This document shows positions 38,235 through 47,476 of a DNA stretch of 64,000 bases, piece after piece. Below the pieces are notes generated by a model. The model saw nothing but the letters and a program-made list of their open reading frames with translations, made no database searches and was not told the origin of the DNA. A program made the translations under genes and the position numbers. The stretch's first letter is position 1, and each line of letters starts with the position of its first letter. The DNA is from an uncultured Verrucomicrobiae bacterium (GTDB lineage: Bacteria > Verrucomicrobiota > Verrucomicrobiia > Chthoniobacterales > Chthoniobacteraceae): positions 1,568,001 to 1,632,000 of the forward strand of contig CAWIKF010000002.1 in NCBI GenBank assembly GCA_963836755.1, given 5' to 3'.

Positions 38235-40373
38235 ATGGATGACTCGACTGAAATCAAACTGCACTTCCTTGACTATTGGCGCGTTCTAAGGGCGCGCGCT
38301 GGCGTCATTGCGCTCGTGTTCTTGCTGACGATGGTCACGGCGGGAATCACGACCTATTTTCTCCCCAGGCAGTATTTTTCCCAAGTCACGCTGGAGGTAA
38401 AGCCAGATGACACCGGCGTCAAGGTTTTCGGGAATGCTGATCCGAGAGGAAGCCGCGACCCACAATTCGCGCCGACTCAGTTCCAGATTTTGCGGAGCAA
38501 GGAAATTCTCTACCCTGTCATCGACACCTTGGGCCTGGATCAGAAGTGGGCTGCCGGAGGACGGCCGCTGCCCAAAGAGCAGGCCTACTTCCGTTTGATC
38601 GGGATGCTGGACATGGAGGAAATCCGCAACACGGATTTAATCACGATTGGAGTTTATTCTACCGAGCCCACCGAAGCAGCGAATATCGCGAACTCAATCG
38701 CGGTGGTTTATCAGGATAAGCGCCGCTCCGATCAAACGAAGTTGCTGACACAGGGTCTCGGGCAGGTAGAGGAGGAAGTCGCGAAGCAGCGGAAGGTCGT
38801 CGTGGAAGCTTCGGCGGCGGCAGCGAAACTTCGTATCGAGCAAAACATCATCGATCCAAATCCTGAATCGCTGGACAACTCGGACATGATCACGCGCCCG
38901 GTCGTCGCTGACGAGCAAAAGGCGGAAGACGCAAAGGCTGAGCTGGCCCGTTTGAAGGCGCAGATTGAACAGATCGACAAACTTTCATCCGAGGCGCTCA
39001 TGGTCGGCCTGCACACCTTGGGAATCGATGATCCGACGATCGCGAAGACGCTGCCGATCTATCAAGATGCTGAGATTGAAAAGGCGAGGTTGCTGAATTC
39101 CGGATTGGGGCCTAATCATCCGCGAATCAAAGCCCTGCAAGCCATCGAGCAAGTGCAAGGGCGCCAGTTGAGCGAAGCTGTTGCTGCTTTAAAGCAATCC
39201 CTCCAAACCAAGGAAAGGATTCAGGAAGCTACTGTCGCAGAGTTTGATAGCAAGCTCGCCGCCAGCCGCGACCTCTATCAAAAAAGCCGCAACCAGAGCG
39301 AAGAATACATCGACGCCAAGAACAAGTATATTCAGGCGAAGCGCGTCCTAGAGTCTGCCGAGTTAAACTTGAATTCGCAGTCTATGCAAAGCCGCATCTC
39401 AATCCAGCCGGCAAAGTTGTGGGAACGCGCCGAACCGGCACTCTATCCGGCGAAGCCCAACGTCATTGCCTACTTGATGCTGGCCGCTCTCGTTGGACTT
39501 ATTGTGGGTGTAGGACTCGCCTTCTTCCTCGAGTATCTCGATACCAGCGTGAAGACTCTCGACGATGTCGAAAAGTTTCTCGGCATTCCCGTGCTGGCAG
39601 TCGTCCCGAAAAAGCCGGGCCTGCTCATGCATGAGCATGATGAAAACACCGTCGACGCCGAAGCTTACGGCATGTTGCGCACCAGTATTGAGTTTAATAG
39701 GAAGAGTCCCGATTCAAACGTCATCACCATTGTGAGTGGCGGCATCGGCGAAGGAAAATCGACGACGCTCTGCAACCTTGCCTACACCTGTTCCAAAGGT
39801 GGATATCAAGTATTGATCATAGACGCTGATCTACGCCGTCCTTCACAACATAAGTTCTTTGCCGTGGATAACGATATAGGTCTCGCCGACTACCTCACGA
39901 GCAACACGCCTTGGGAACAGGTAGTTCGCACGACTGAAGTCGAGAACCTTTCGCTCATATCGAGCGGAGTTTTGTCCGGTGAAGCAGTAGGAGTGATTAA
40001 CTCGCTTCGGATGGCAGACCTTATTGAAAAGACGAAACGCAACTATGACTTGGTCTTCATCGATTCACCGCCTGTGCTCGGAGTCAGTGATGGCTCGGTT
40101 TTGGTGAGCGAAGGGGACTTAACCATCATGGTAGTAGAACATAGGCGCTTCCCCCGTTCGATGCTGCAGCGCGCGAAGCAAGTAGTGCTAAGCATGGGTG
40201 GCACTCTTCTTGGCGTAGTCCTCAACAAAGTAGATACTCGTCACGACCAAGGCTACGAATACTACACAAACTATTACTATGCCTCAAAGCATCCGGACGA
40301 AAAAAAGCCGCTGGCAGCGGCGAAGTTTCGCGTGGAACCTTCCCGCCCGATGAGTTCGGGAGAACAATATTAA
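38235..40373 (+). CDS. wzc: Polysaccharide co-polymerase / tyrosine autokinase (Wzc-like)
   Basis: DYWRV, two TMs around a coiled coil, GEGKST, DADLRRP, IDSPP, C-terminal YEYYTNYYY cluster. Confidence 0.9.
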   Translation: MDDSTEIKLHFLDYWRVLRARAGVIALVFLLTMVTAGITTYFLPRQYFSQVTLEVKPDDTGVKVFGNADPRGSRDPQFAPTQFQILRSKEILYPVIDTLGLDQKWAAGGRPLPKEQAYFRLIGMLDMEEIRNTDLITIGVYSTEPTEAANIANSIAVVYQDKRRSDQTKLLTQGLGQVEEEVAKQRKVVVEASAAAAKLRIEQNIIDPNPESLDNSDMITRPVVADEQKAEDAKAELARLKAQIEQIDKLSSEALMVGLHTLGIDDPTIAKTLPIYQDAEIEKARLLNSGLGPNHPRIKALQAIEQVQGRQLSEAVAALKQSLQTKERIQEATVAEFDSKLAASRDLYQKSRNQSEEYIDAKNKYIQAKRVLESAELNLNSQSMQSRISIQPAKLWERAEPALYPAKPNVIAYLMLAALVGLIVGVGLAFFLEYLDTSVKTLDDVEKFLGIPVLAVVPKKPGLLMHEHDENTVDAEAYGMLRTSIEFNRKSPDSNVITIVSGGIGEGKSTTLCNLAYTCSKGGYQVLIIDADLRRPSQHKFFAVDNDIGLADYLTSNTPWEQVVRTTEVENLSLISSGVLSGEAVGVINSLRMADLIEKTKRNYDLVFIDSPPVLGVSDGSVLVSEGDLTIMVVEHRRFPRSMLQRAKQVVLSMGGTLLGVVLNKVDTRHDQGYEYYTNYYYASKHPDEKKPLAAAKFRVEPSRPMSSGEQY

Positions 40374-40376
40374 GCT

Positions 40377-40928
40377 ATGAGGCGCGTCGCTTTTCTGTCC
40401 CTGATTCTGATCCTTTGCGGAGCCTACCAGTCAATGGCGCAAGCTAGATTGCGACCGGGAGACACCGTCGATTTGCGACTCGCGGGAGTGCCTGCTGATG
40501 AGACTCAGCAGTTCAGCGGATCTTATACGCTCGACCAAGCCGGCATGATCAATCTCCCTTACATAGGTCAGGTCAAAGCCGGCGGAGACCTCGTAAATCA
40601 GGTTCAAAGTAACATCGAGAATAAACTTAGGACCGAGGGAATTTACACACATCCGACCATCACGATCCAGACGCAGGCAGGTCAGCGATTTGTCAATGTC
40701 GGCGGCTCAGTGCGTTCCCCAGGAAGAATTATTTACACGCCAGATCTGACGTTAATGTCCGCCATTAATGCGGCAGGAGGCCCTGGTGATTTCGCGAAGC
40801 AAGGTGCATTTTTGACGCGCGGCGGAAAACGGGTTTACTACGATCTGAAGCAGCTCAAGAAAGATCCTTCGCAAGATCCAGCCATCCTCCCCGGCGACCA
40901 AATCGAGGTTCCGCAAAGCCTCTGGTAG
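40377..40928 (+). CDS. Short polysaccharide export protein (Poly_export + SLBB; OPX/Wza-like)
   Basis: LRPGD, G.INLPYIG, V.VGGSV.SPG, AI.AAGG, PGDQI.V; no C-terminal outer-membrane helix evident. Confidence 0.85.
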   Translation: MRRVAFLSLILILCGAYQSMAQARLRPGDTVDLRLAGVPADETQQFSGSYTLDQAGMINLPYIGQVKAGGDLVNQVQSNIENKLRTEGIYTHPTITIQTQAGQRFVNVGGSVRSPGRIIYTPDLTLMSAINAAGGPGDFAKQGAFLTRGGKRVYYDLKQLKKDPSQDPAILPGDQIEVPQSLW

Positions 40929-41018
40929 CTGCCGGCCTCTTCGGTCGCGGATAAAGGTTCCATTCCGTCTCGGAATTTCTTTGAAGCGCTGCGCCGCTTC
41001 ACGCACCTTTGTTTCCGC

Positions 41019-43304
41019 ATGGACATTGAAACCATTCATCATGTCGGTTTCATAGGCGACTACACGCCGCGCCAGTGTGGCATCGCGACGTTTACCGCCG
41101 ATCTTTGCGAGGCGATTGCCAGCAGCTTTCCGCATGCGACTTGTTTCGTCGGCGCGGTGAATGACCGTGAAGAAGGTTATGATTATCCAGAGCGCGTCCG
41201 CTTTGAAATCAATGAACGCGAGATCGACTCATATCGCCGCGCGGCAGATTTTTTGAACATCAACAATGTTGAGGTCGTGAGCGTGCAGCACGAGTTCGGA
41301 ATTTTCGGCGGACCCGCCGGCAGCCATCTGCTGGCCTTGCTCCGAGAGTTGCACATGCCCGTTGTGACTACGCTGCACACGGTTTTGAAAGAACCAAACG
41401 ACGTGCAGCGCCGCGTGATGGATCAGCTCACTCAGCTATCTGATCGCCTCGTTGTGATGGCGGAAAAGGGCGCGACTTTTTTGCGCGAGATTTACCATGT
41501 GCCTGCGGAAAAGATTGACCTCATCCCACACGGGATTCCTGACATTCCATTCATCGACCCAAGTTTTTACAAAGACCAGTTTGGCGTCGAAGGAAAGACC
41601 GTGCTGCTCACCTTCGGCCTTCTTTCGCCAAACAAAGGAATCGAATACGCGATCGAGGCGCTTCCGCGGATTCTGGAAAAAAATCCCAACGTTGTTTACA
41701 TCGTCCTTGGGGCCACGCATCCAAACCTGGTCGCGCACCAGGGTGAGACGTATCGGCTGCAGCTTGAGCGACTCGCTGAGGCGCGGGGCGTGAAAAAGAA
41801 CGTCATTTTTTACAATCGATTCGTGACTCTCGAGGAGTTGAAGGAGTTCATCGGCGCGACCGACATTTACATCACGCCCTATCTCAACGAGGCGCAGATC
41901 ACATCCGGCACGCTGGCCTACGCGTTCGGCGCGGGAAAGGCGGTCATCTCCACGCCGTATTGGCACGCGCACGAATTGCTTGCGCACGACCGTGGGATTC
42001 TCGTTCCTTTCAAGGACGCCGACGCTATTTCAAAGGCCGTTAACGGACTCTTGGCAAATGAAGCGGTGCGAACTTCGATGCGGAAAAATGCGTATATGCT
42101 CGGCCGCGAAATGATCTGGCCGGAGGCCGCGCGGCTCTACATGCGCAGTTTCATGAAAGCCCGCGAAACCCGTCCCAATCTGCCTCGCAAGGCATTCGCG
42201 CAGCAGACGCTCGAGAATCGACCTTATCAATTACCGCCGCTCAAGCTCGATCATCTTTTCAAAATGAGCGACGCGACAGGCATGTTGCAGCACGCGATTT
42301 ACAACGTCCCAAACTACGCCGAAGGCTATTGCACCGATGACAACGCCCGCGCGTTCATCTTCACGATTTTGCTCGAGGAACTCGGCGGAAAAGGGGCGCA
42401 GGACGTGGCCAATCTCAGCACGCGCTACCTCTCGTTTCTTTCCTACGCCTTCGATCACACATCGCGGCGCTTCCGGAATTTCATGAGCTTTGATCGGAAA
42501 TGGTTGGAAAAAAAGGGATCGGAAGACAGCCATGCGCGCGGGTTGTGGGCGCTCGGCACGGCGCTCGGGCGCTCGCAAAACGACGGATATCGAAATTTGT
42601 GCGGCTTCATCTTCAACAAAGGTTTGAAACCAGTGACGAAGTTCACATCGCCGCGTGCGTGGGCATTTACGTTGATCGCGATTCACGAATATCTGCGCCG
42701 CTTCTCCGGCGACCGCGCCGTCAACACTGCGCGTTCAAAGTTGGCGGAGCAGCTCGTGGGTTTGTTTAACGAAACGCAAACGGATGATTGGCTCTGGTTC
42801 GAGGAGTCACTGAATTACGACAACGCGAAACTGCCGCATGCGCTGATTTTGAGCGGCTATTGGATGGGGCAGCCTGAAATTTTGGAGATCGGGCTGAAAT
42901 CGCTGCGCTGGCTGGCGAAGCTGCAGACATCGGCCTCTGGCGTCTTCAGTCCAGTCGGCGCACCTGGCTTTTACATGCGCGGCGGCCAATGCGCTCGGTT
43001 CGACCAGCAGCCGCTGGAAGCATACGCGATGCTTTCGGCATGCCTTGAGGCGTTTCGCGCAACGAGTGATCCGTTCTGGTCCGGCGAAGCGCAGCGTGCG
43101 TTTGAATGGTTTCTTGGCCGCAATGACCTCGGCCTCCCGCTTTACGATTCGACGTCCGGCGGCTGCCGCGACGCGCTGCACGCGGATCGCGTGAACCAGA
43201 ATCAAGGCGCGGAGTCGACGCTCGCGTTTTATCTTTCACTTGCCGAAATGCAGCTCGCGCAAAACGTCATCCAGAGCCAGGCCGAAAAAGATGCTGCCGC
43301 CTGA
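41019..43304 (+). CDS. GT4 glycosyltransferase fused to a C-terminal (alpha/alpha)-barrel glycosidase-like domain
   Basis: PRQCGIATFT, QHEFGIFGG, FGLL..NKG.E, TSGTL; C-terminal domain with GYCTDDNARA, YDNA, FDQQP.E, NQGAEST. Confidence 0.85.
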   Translation: MDIETIHHVGFIGDYTPRQCGIATFTADLCEAIASSFPHATCFVGAVNDREEGYDYPERVRFEINEREIDSYRRAADFLNINNVEVVSVQHEFGIFGGPAGSHLLALLRELHMPVVTTLHTVLKEPNDVQRRVMDQLTQLSDRLVVMAEKGATFLREIYHVPAEKIDLIPHGIPDIPFIDPSFYKDQFGVEGKTVLLTFGLLSPNKGIEYAIEALPRILEKNPNVVYIVLGATHPNLVAHQGETYRLQLERLAEARGVKKNVIFYNRFVTLEELKEFIGATDIYITPYLNEAQITSGTLAYAFGAGKAVISTPYWHAHELLAHDRGILVPFKDADAISKAVNGLLANEAVRTSMRKNAYMLGREMIWPEAARLYMRSFMKARETRPNLPRKAFAQQTLENRPYQLPPLKLDHLFKMSDATGMLQHAIYNVPNYAEGYCTDDNARAFIFTILLEELGGKGAQDVANLSTRYLSFLSYAFDHTSRRFRNFMSFDRKWLEKKGSEDSHARGLWALGTALGRSQNDGYRNLCGFIFNKGLKPVTKFTSPRAWAFTLIAIHEYLRRFSGDRAVNTARSKLAEQLVGLFNETQTDDWLWFEESLNYDNAKLPHALILSGYWMGQPEILEIGLKSLRWLAKLQTSASGVFSPVGAPGFYMRGGQCARFDQQPLEAYAMLSACLEAFRATSDPFWSGEAQRAFEWFLGRNDLGLPLYDSTSGGCRDALHADRVNQNQGAESTLAFYLSLAEMQLAQNVIQSQAEKDAAA

Positions 43305-43317
43305 CGGCGCTCCGTCT

Positions 43318-44769
43318 ATGAACCTAAAACGCCATCCTGAAAAATTTGTAGCCGATGCTACGCGGGTTCTAATCAGGCCGCTGAGTTTTGGGAGCCCGCA
43401 GCGCAGCACGAACGTGATGGCGCGCGTGATGACGCTCACGGATCAAGACGTGGAGCGGCTTCTCGCGGAAGTGATGAAAGAATTCAGCGGTCGCCACATC
43501 AATATCGAGCGCGTGTTCGAGCGCCATTTTGAAAAGGTGAGGCCTAATCTTTTCATCGATCGCGAGCTCTCGCGGCCGCGGCAATTGCTGATCGGTTCCT
43601 ATTTCACGAGCGAATACGCGCTCGAGTCCGCGGCGCTTTTCAACCCATCCATCGTGCCGCATCCAGACCAGGCAAATCTGCCCGACGGCGCGTTGCGTTT
43701 CATTCTGAGTTTCCGCGCGACCGGTGAGGGGCACATCTCGTCGATCGAGTTTCGCAGTGGGGTGATCGACGCGCAGAACAACATCGCGATCGACCGGGTC
43801 GGTCGTCACGTCACCACGCCGGAAATCATTCCCAACCCGAGCTACGACAAAACATTTTTTACGATCAAGCTTCACGAGATGGGGGTTGAAAACGGTTTCT
43901 CGAGCGACATCATGGAGCCGCTTGGCGGCACGTTCACGCATTCCGAATTGCAGCGAAGCGTGAGCGCGATGAAATCAAAGTTGCGCGTCCACACTCGCGA
44001 CGAGCAGCGCACGCTCGAGTGCATCACATGGCTCGCGGAGTCTAATTACGAAATTTCCTTCCGCGAAAATCTGCCGCTGTCCGAGCGGATCATTTTTCCG
44101 GTCTCGGCGAACGAAAGCAACGGCATCGAGGACGCACGATTCGTCCGCTTCATCGAGGATGACGGCAGCGCGCGCTACTTTGCGACTTACACGGCTTACA
44201 ACGGCCGCGTGATTTTGCCGCAACTCATCGAGACGCTCGATTTTTTGCGATTCAAAGTCATCACACTCAATGGCGCGGCGGTGCAGAACAAAGGCATGGC
44301 GCTGTTTCCGCGGCGAATCAACGGCCAGTATGTGATGATCTCGCGGCAGGATGGCGAAAACGTTTTCATCATGTTTTCCGAGAACGTCCATTTCTGGAAT
44401 GACACGGTGAAACTCTTCAAGCCGGCTTATTCATGGGAGTTCGTGCAGTTGGGAAATTGCGGTTCGCCTATTGAAACCGAAGCCGGCTGGCTGCTGCTCA
44501 CGCACGGCGTCGGCCCGATGCGAAAATATTGCATTGGCGCCGTGCTGCTCGATCTCGACGATCCGACGCGCGTGATCGGGCGATTGAAAGAGCCGCTGAT
44601 CTCGCCGAACGAAAACGAACGCGAAGGTTATGTGCCGAACGTTGTTTATACTTGCGGAGCACTTTTGCATCAAGGCGAGCTGATCATTCCGTATGCCATG
44701 TCAGACTCCGCCTCGAGCATTGCGACGGTCGCCATCGACGAGCTGCTCGCAGAGCTCAAGCCGGCTTGA
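43318..44769 (+). CDS. GH130-family glycosidase/phosphorylase
   Basis: FNPS, GIEDARF, TYTAY, NKGMALFP, THGV, GYVPNVVY.CG. Confidence 0.85.
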   Translation: MNLKRHPEKFVADATRVLIRPLSFGSPQRSTNVMARVMTLTDQDVERLLAEVMKEFSGRHINIERVFERHFEKVRPNLFIDRELSRPRQLLIGSYFTSEYALESAALFNPSIVPHPDQANLPDGALRFILSFRATGEGHISSIEFRSGVIDAQNNIAIDRVGRHVTTPEIIPNPSYDKTFFTIKLHEMGVENGFSSDIMEPLGGTFTHSELQRSVSAMKSKLRVHTRDEQRTLECITWLAESNYEISFRENLPLSERIIFPVSANESNGIEDARFVRFIEDDGSARYFATYTAYNGRVILPQLIETLDFLRFKVITLNGAAVQNKGMALFPRRINGQYVMISRQDGENVFIMFSENVHFWNDTVKLFKPAYSWEFVQLGNCGSPIETEAGWLLLTHGVGPMRKYCIGAVLLDLDDPTRVIGRLKEPLISPNENEREGYVPNVVYTCGALLHQGELIIPYAMSDSASSIATVAIDELLAELKPA

Positions 44770-46258
44770 ATTTTTCCCGAGCCTCGCGAATCAAGGCTGC
44801 ATAAGCATCGGCGGGCTTGTCGCCCAGATGATCCTCGGCAAGCCGTTCAGTGCCGCGCGTGTAATCGAGTGAAAATAATCCAAAGCGCGGCGTGAAGGAG
44901 CCCCATTCGTAATTGTCGAAAAGCGACCAGTGCAGATAGCCGATCAGCGGCACGCCTTCGTTAACGATGCGCGTGACCTCATGGACGTGCAGACGCAGGA
45001 ATTTGCTGCGATTGAGCCGGTCGCCGCGCCGTGTGAAATCGTTATTCCATTTGCGCCGCAACGCCATTCCGTTTTCAGCGATCAGGACGCGACGCGCATC
45101 AAAGTCTTGCGAGTAATATTTGCAAAAGAAATGGAGGCCGCGTGGCAGCACACGCCAGTCCCACCATTTGCTGGTGATCGTGTTCATGATCCAGACGCGA
45201 AAAGATTTGCTCTTGAATTCGTGATCCCAAAAGCGTGGAAAACGAAACGCGTGCGCGGCGAATGGATCGTAGTAATCGAGCCCGATGTAGTCGAAGAGCC
45301 GCTTGCGGGGCGATGCGTAAACAGCATCGAGCACGCGCGAAAAATGTTCGGGCTCGAACCAGCGGTAGCCGAGCCAGTTGCTGAGCCGCTTCATCGCCGC
45401 GCCGAAATAATAGGGAAGATCCTTGTGCAGCGGAATGCGCGCTGACTGAAACGCCGCGTCAAACTCGCCGATTTTTCCGTGGATATATTCGCATACATCG
45501 TCCCGCGCGACATTGCGCTCCGCGAGGCAGAGCAGGTCGAGCAGCACTTTGTCAGACCAATACAAGTCGCTGCAATAATTGTTGAGCGTCACGCACGGCG
45601 CCGGCCAGCCGCGCGCGGAATAAAGATCGTGCAACGCGTTGTAAGCGCGGATGTGCGCGACGAGCAACGTGTTGTAGGCGCGCACGACCGAGCCAAGTCC
45701 AACGCGGCCGCGCGCGGGAAACTGATTTCCGAGATACGTGTTGAGCACGAGCATGTTTGGCTCGTTGATCGTGATGAACCATCGAATCGGGGTAGGGAGT
45801 TTTTGGTTCAGATACGACACCGCCTCGACCACATATTTTTCAAAATGGCGCGGCGTGTTTTCATCCAGCCACGGATCAGTGCCCAGCCACGCTGGATGCA
45901 CGAAGTGATGCAGCGTGACGACTGGCTCCAGACCGTGAGCGCGGCATTCCGTCAGCATCTCGGCGTAATGATCGAGCGCGGCGAAATCGAATGCAGGCGG
46001 CTCTGCTGCTTGATCCGCGAGCGTTGGCTGCACTCGGCTCCATTCAATGCCAAGGCGAAACGCGTTCAATCCGAGCTCGCGACTACGCGCGAAATCTTCG
46101 CGGTAGCGCGTCCAGAAATCCGCAGCTTTTCCGCACACAGCGACATCGCGTTTCTTTTCGGCGCGCGCCCAGTTTGTCTGTGGCTCTCCATTGCCGTTAT
46201 AGCCGCCTTCGCTTTGATAAGCTGAGGTCGCGACGCCCCAGAAAAAGTCGGGATTCAC
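44756..46258 (-). CDS. GH1-family glycoside hydrolase, no signal peptide
   Basis: FFWGVATSAYQSEG, EWSR, TLHHF, TINEP (acid/base), IAENG (nucleophile), WSLFDNYEWG..RFGL. Confidence 0.9.
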   Translation of the reverse strand: MNPDFFWGVATSAYQSEGGYNGNGEPQTNWARAEKKRDVAVCGKAADFWTRYREDFARSRELGLNAFRLGIEWSRVQPTLADQAAEPPAFDFAALDHYAEMLTECRAHGLEPVVTLHHFVHPAWLGTDPWLDENTPRHFEKYVVEAVSYLNQKLPTPIRWFITINEPNMLVLNTYLGNQFPARGRVGLGSVVRAYNTLLVAHIRAYNALHDLYSARGWPAPCVTLNNYCSDLYWSDKVLLDLLCLAERNVARDDVCEYIHGKIGEFDAAFQSARIPLHKDLPYYFGAAMKRLSNWLGYRWFEPEHFSRVLDAVYASPRKRLFDYIGLDYYDPFAAHAFRFPRFWDHEFKSKSFRVWIMNTITSKWWDWRVLPRGLHFFCKYYSQDFDARRVLIAENGMALRRKWNNDFTRRGDRLNRSKFLRLHVHEVTRIVNEGVPLIGYLHWSLFDNYEWGSFTPRFGLFSLDYTRGTERLAEDHLGDKPADAYAALIREAREKFKPA

Positions 46259-47430
46259 GTTCCAGTCGCGGCGTGCGAGATCGCGTCACGCTTTTCCGCA
46301 TCGAGCGTGAGCGGCGGCAAATCGTCCTCGATCAAAGTTTGCACAACCGTTTGAGCGGAGTGCGGATGCCCGACGCGAGCTGCGTTGCGACGCATCAAAT
46401 CGAGATGCAGTGGGTCATCCAGCAGCCGGTCGATTTTGTAAGGCAGCGTCGTCAGCTCATTGCATTTCAACGCGATGCCATCCTCGAGCAGGTGATCGCT
46501 GTTGCGCTCTTCCTGGCCAGGAATCGGCGAAATGATGATCATCGGTAGCGAGCAGGCGAGCGCCTCTGATGTCGTGAGTCCGCCCGGCTTGCCGATGAAA
46601 AGGTCGGACATTTTCATCAATTCGTGCATTCGATCGGAGTAGCCGAGAATTTTAAAACGCCGATCATCCGCGCCGATCTGCGACTTCATCCGCGTGAGCA
46701 ACTCTTCGTTTTTTCCACAGATGACGACCGTCTGCGTGTCGTGTTTTAATTGCATCAAACGCGACACGGTAAACTCTGTCGGGCCGACGCCGAGTGCGCC
46801 GGCGGAAAGCAACAGCGTCGTCTTTGCGGGGTCGAGTCCGTAGCTTGCGCGGACATTCGCGCGGTCGATCTGCGTGGCAAAAATCGGGTCGATCGGGATG
46901 CCGGAAACTGTGATGCGTTCGCCGGGAAGACCGAGCGCTTCGAGGTGCGCGCGCGTTTCGTCGATCGCGACAAAGTAGCGATGAAAGATGCGCGAAAGCC
47001 ACATCGCGTGCATGTCGAAATCCGTGACGACGATGGAAAGGTGCGCGTCGAGCAGCTGTTTTTGGATGAGATGCGCGATGATTCCGGCCGGCATGAAATG
47101 GGTGCAAACCGTGATGTCGGGGCGAAAGTCGCGGATGAATTTCACGAGCGGCCGCGTGTTGAGCCGATCCATGAGCTGCACGACATCGTTTTTCCACGGC
47201 TCGTCGCTGGTGTTGTAAACCCAGCCGAGCAGCGCTGGCGCGCTCTTGATGAGCCGCACGTAAAGCTTTGAGTAAAAGTCACGAAAAAGTTTGTTCGTGA
47301 AATCGAGCGCGTCGCGGTGCACCACGGCTTCCACGCGATCATCGCGTGAAAAAGTTTTCGAAAGCGCTTCCGCAGCTTTTACGTGGCCGGTGCCGGCGCT
47401 CGTGGAGAGAATCAAGACCCGCTTCTTCAT
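46255..47430 (-). CDS. GT28 diacylglycerol glycosyltransferase (MGDG synthase/UgtP-like)
   Basis: GTGH..AA, CTH, VVTD..H..W, GIPI, CGKN, KPGGLTTSEA, PGQEERN. Confidence 0.88.
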   Translation of the reverse strand: MKKRVLILSTSAGTGHVKAAEALSKTFSRDDRVEAVVHRDALDFTNKLFRDFYSKLYVRLIKSAPALLGWVYNTSDEPWKNDVVQLMDRLNTRPLVKFIRDFRPDITVCTHFMPAGIIAHLIQKQLLDAHLSIVVTDFDMHAMWLSRIFHRYFVAIDETRAHLEALGLPGERITVSGIPIDPIFATQIDRANVRASYGLDPAKTTLLLSAGALGVGPTEFTVSRLMQLKHDTQTVVICGKNEELLTRMKSQIGADDRRFKILGYSDRMHELMKMSDLFIGKPGGLTTSEALACSLPMIIISPIPGQEERNSDHLLEDGIALKCNELTTLPYKIDRLLDDPLHLDLMRRNAARVGHPHSAQTVVQTLIEDDLPPLTLDAEKRDAISHAATGT

Positions 47431-47476
47431 ACGATGTGCGAATCGCGGCTGCTTCTGTTTCCGCGTCCGCGTGGGG

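Noticed and set aside
40956..40966. GGTTCCATTCC as an att-like copy of the tRNA-Gly 3' end closing an island
   Set aside because: Only 10/11 identity with no extension, and there is no integrase.
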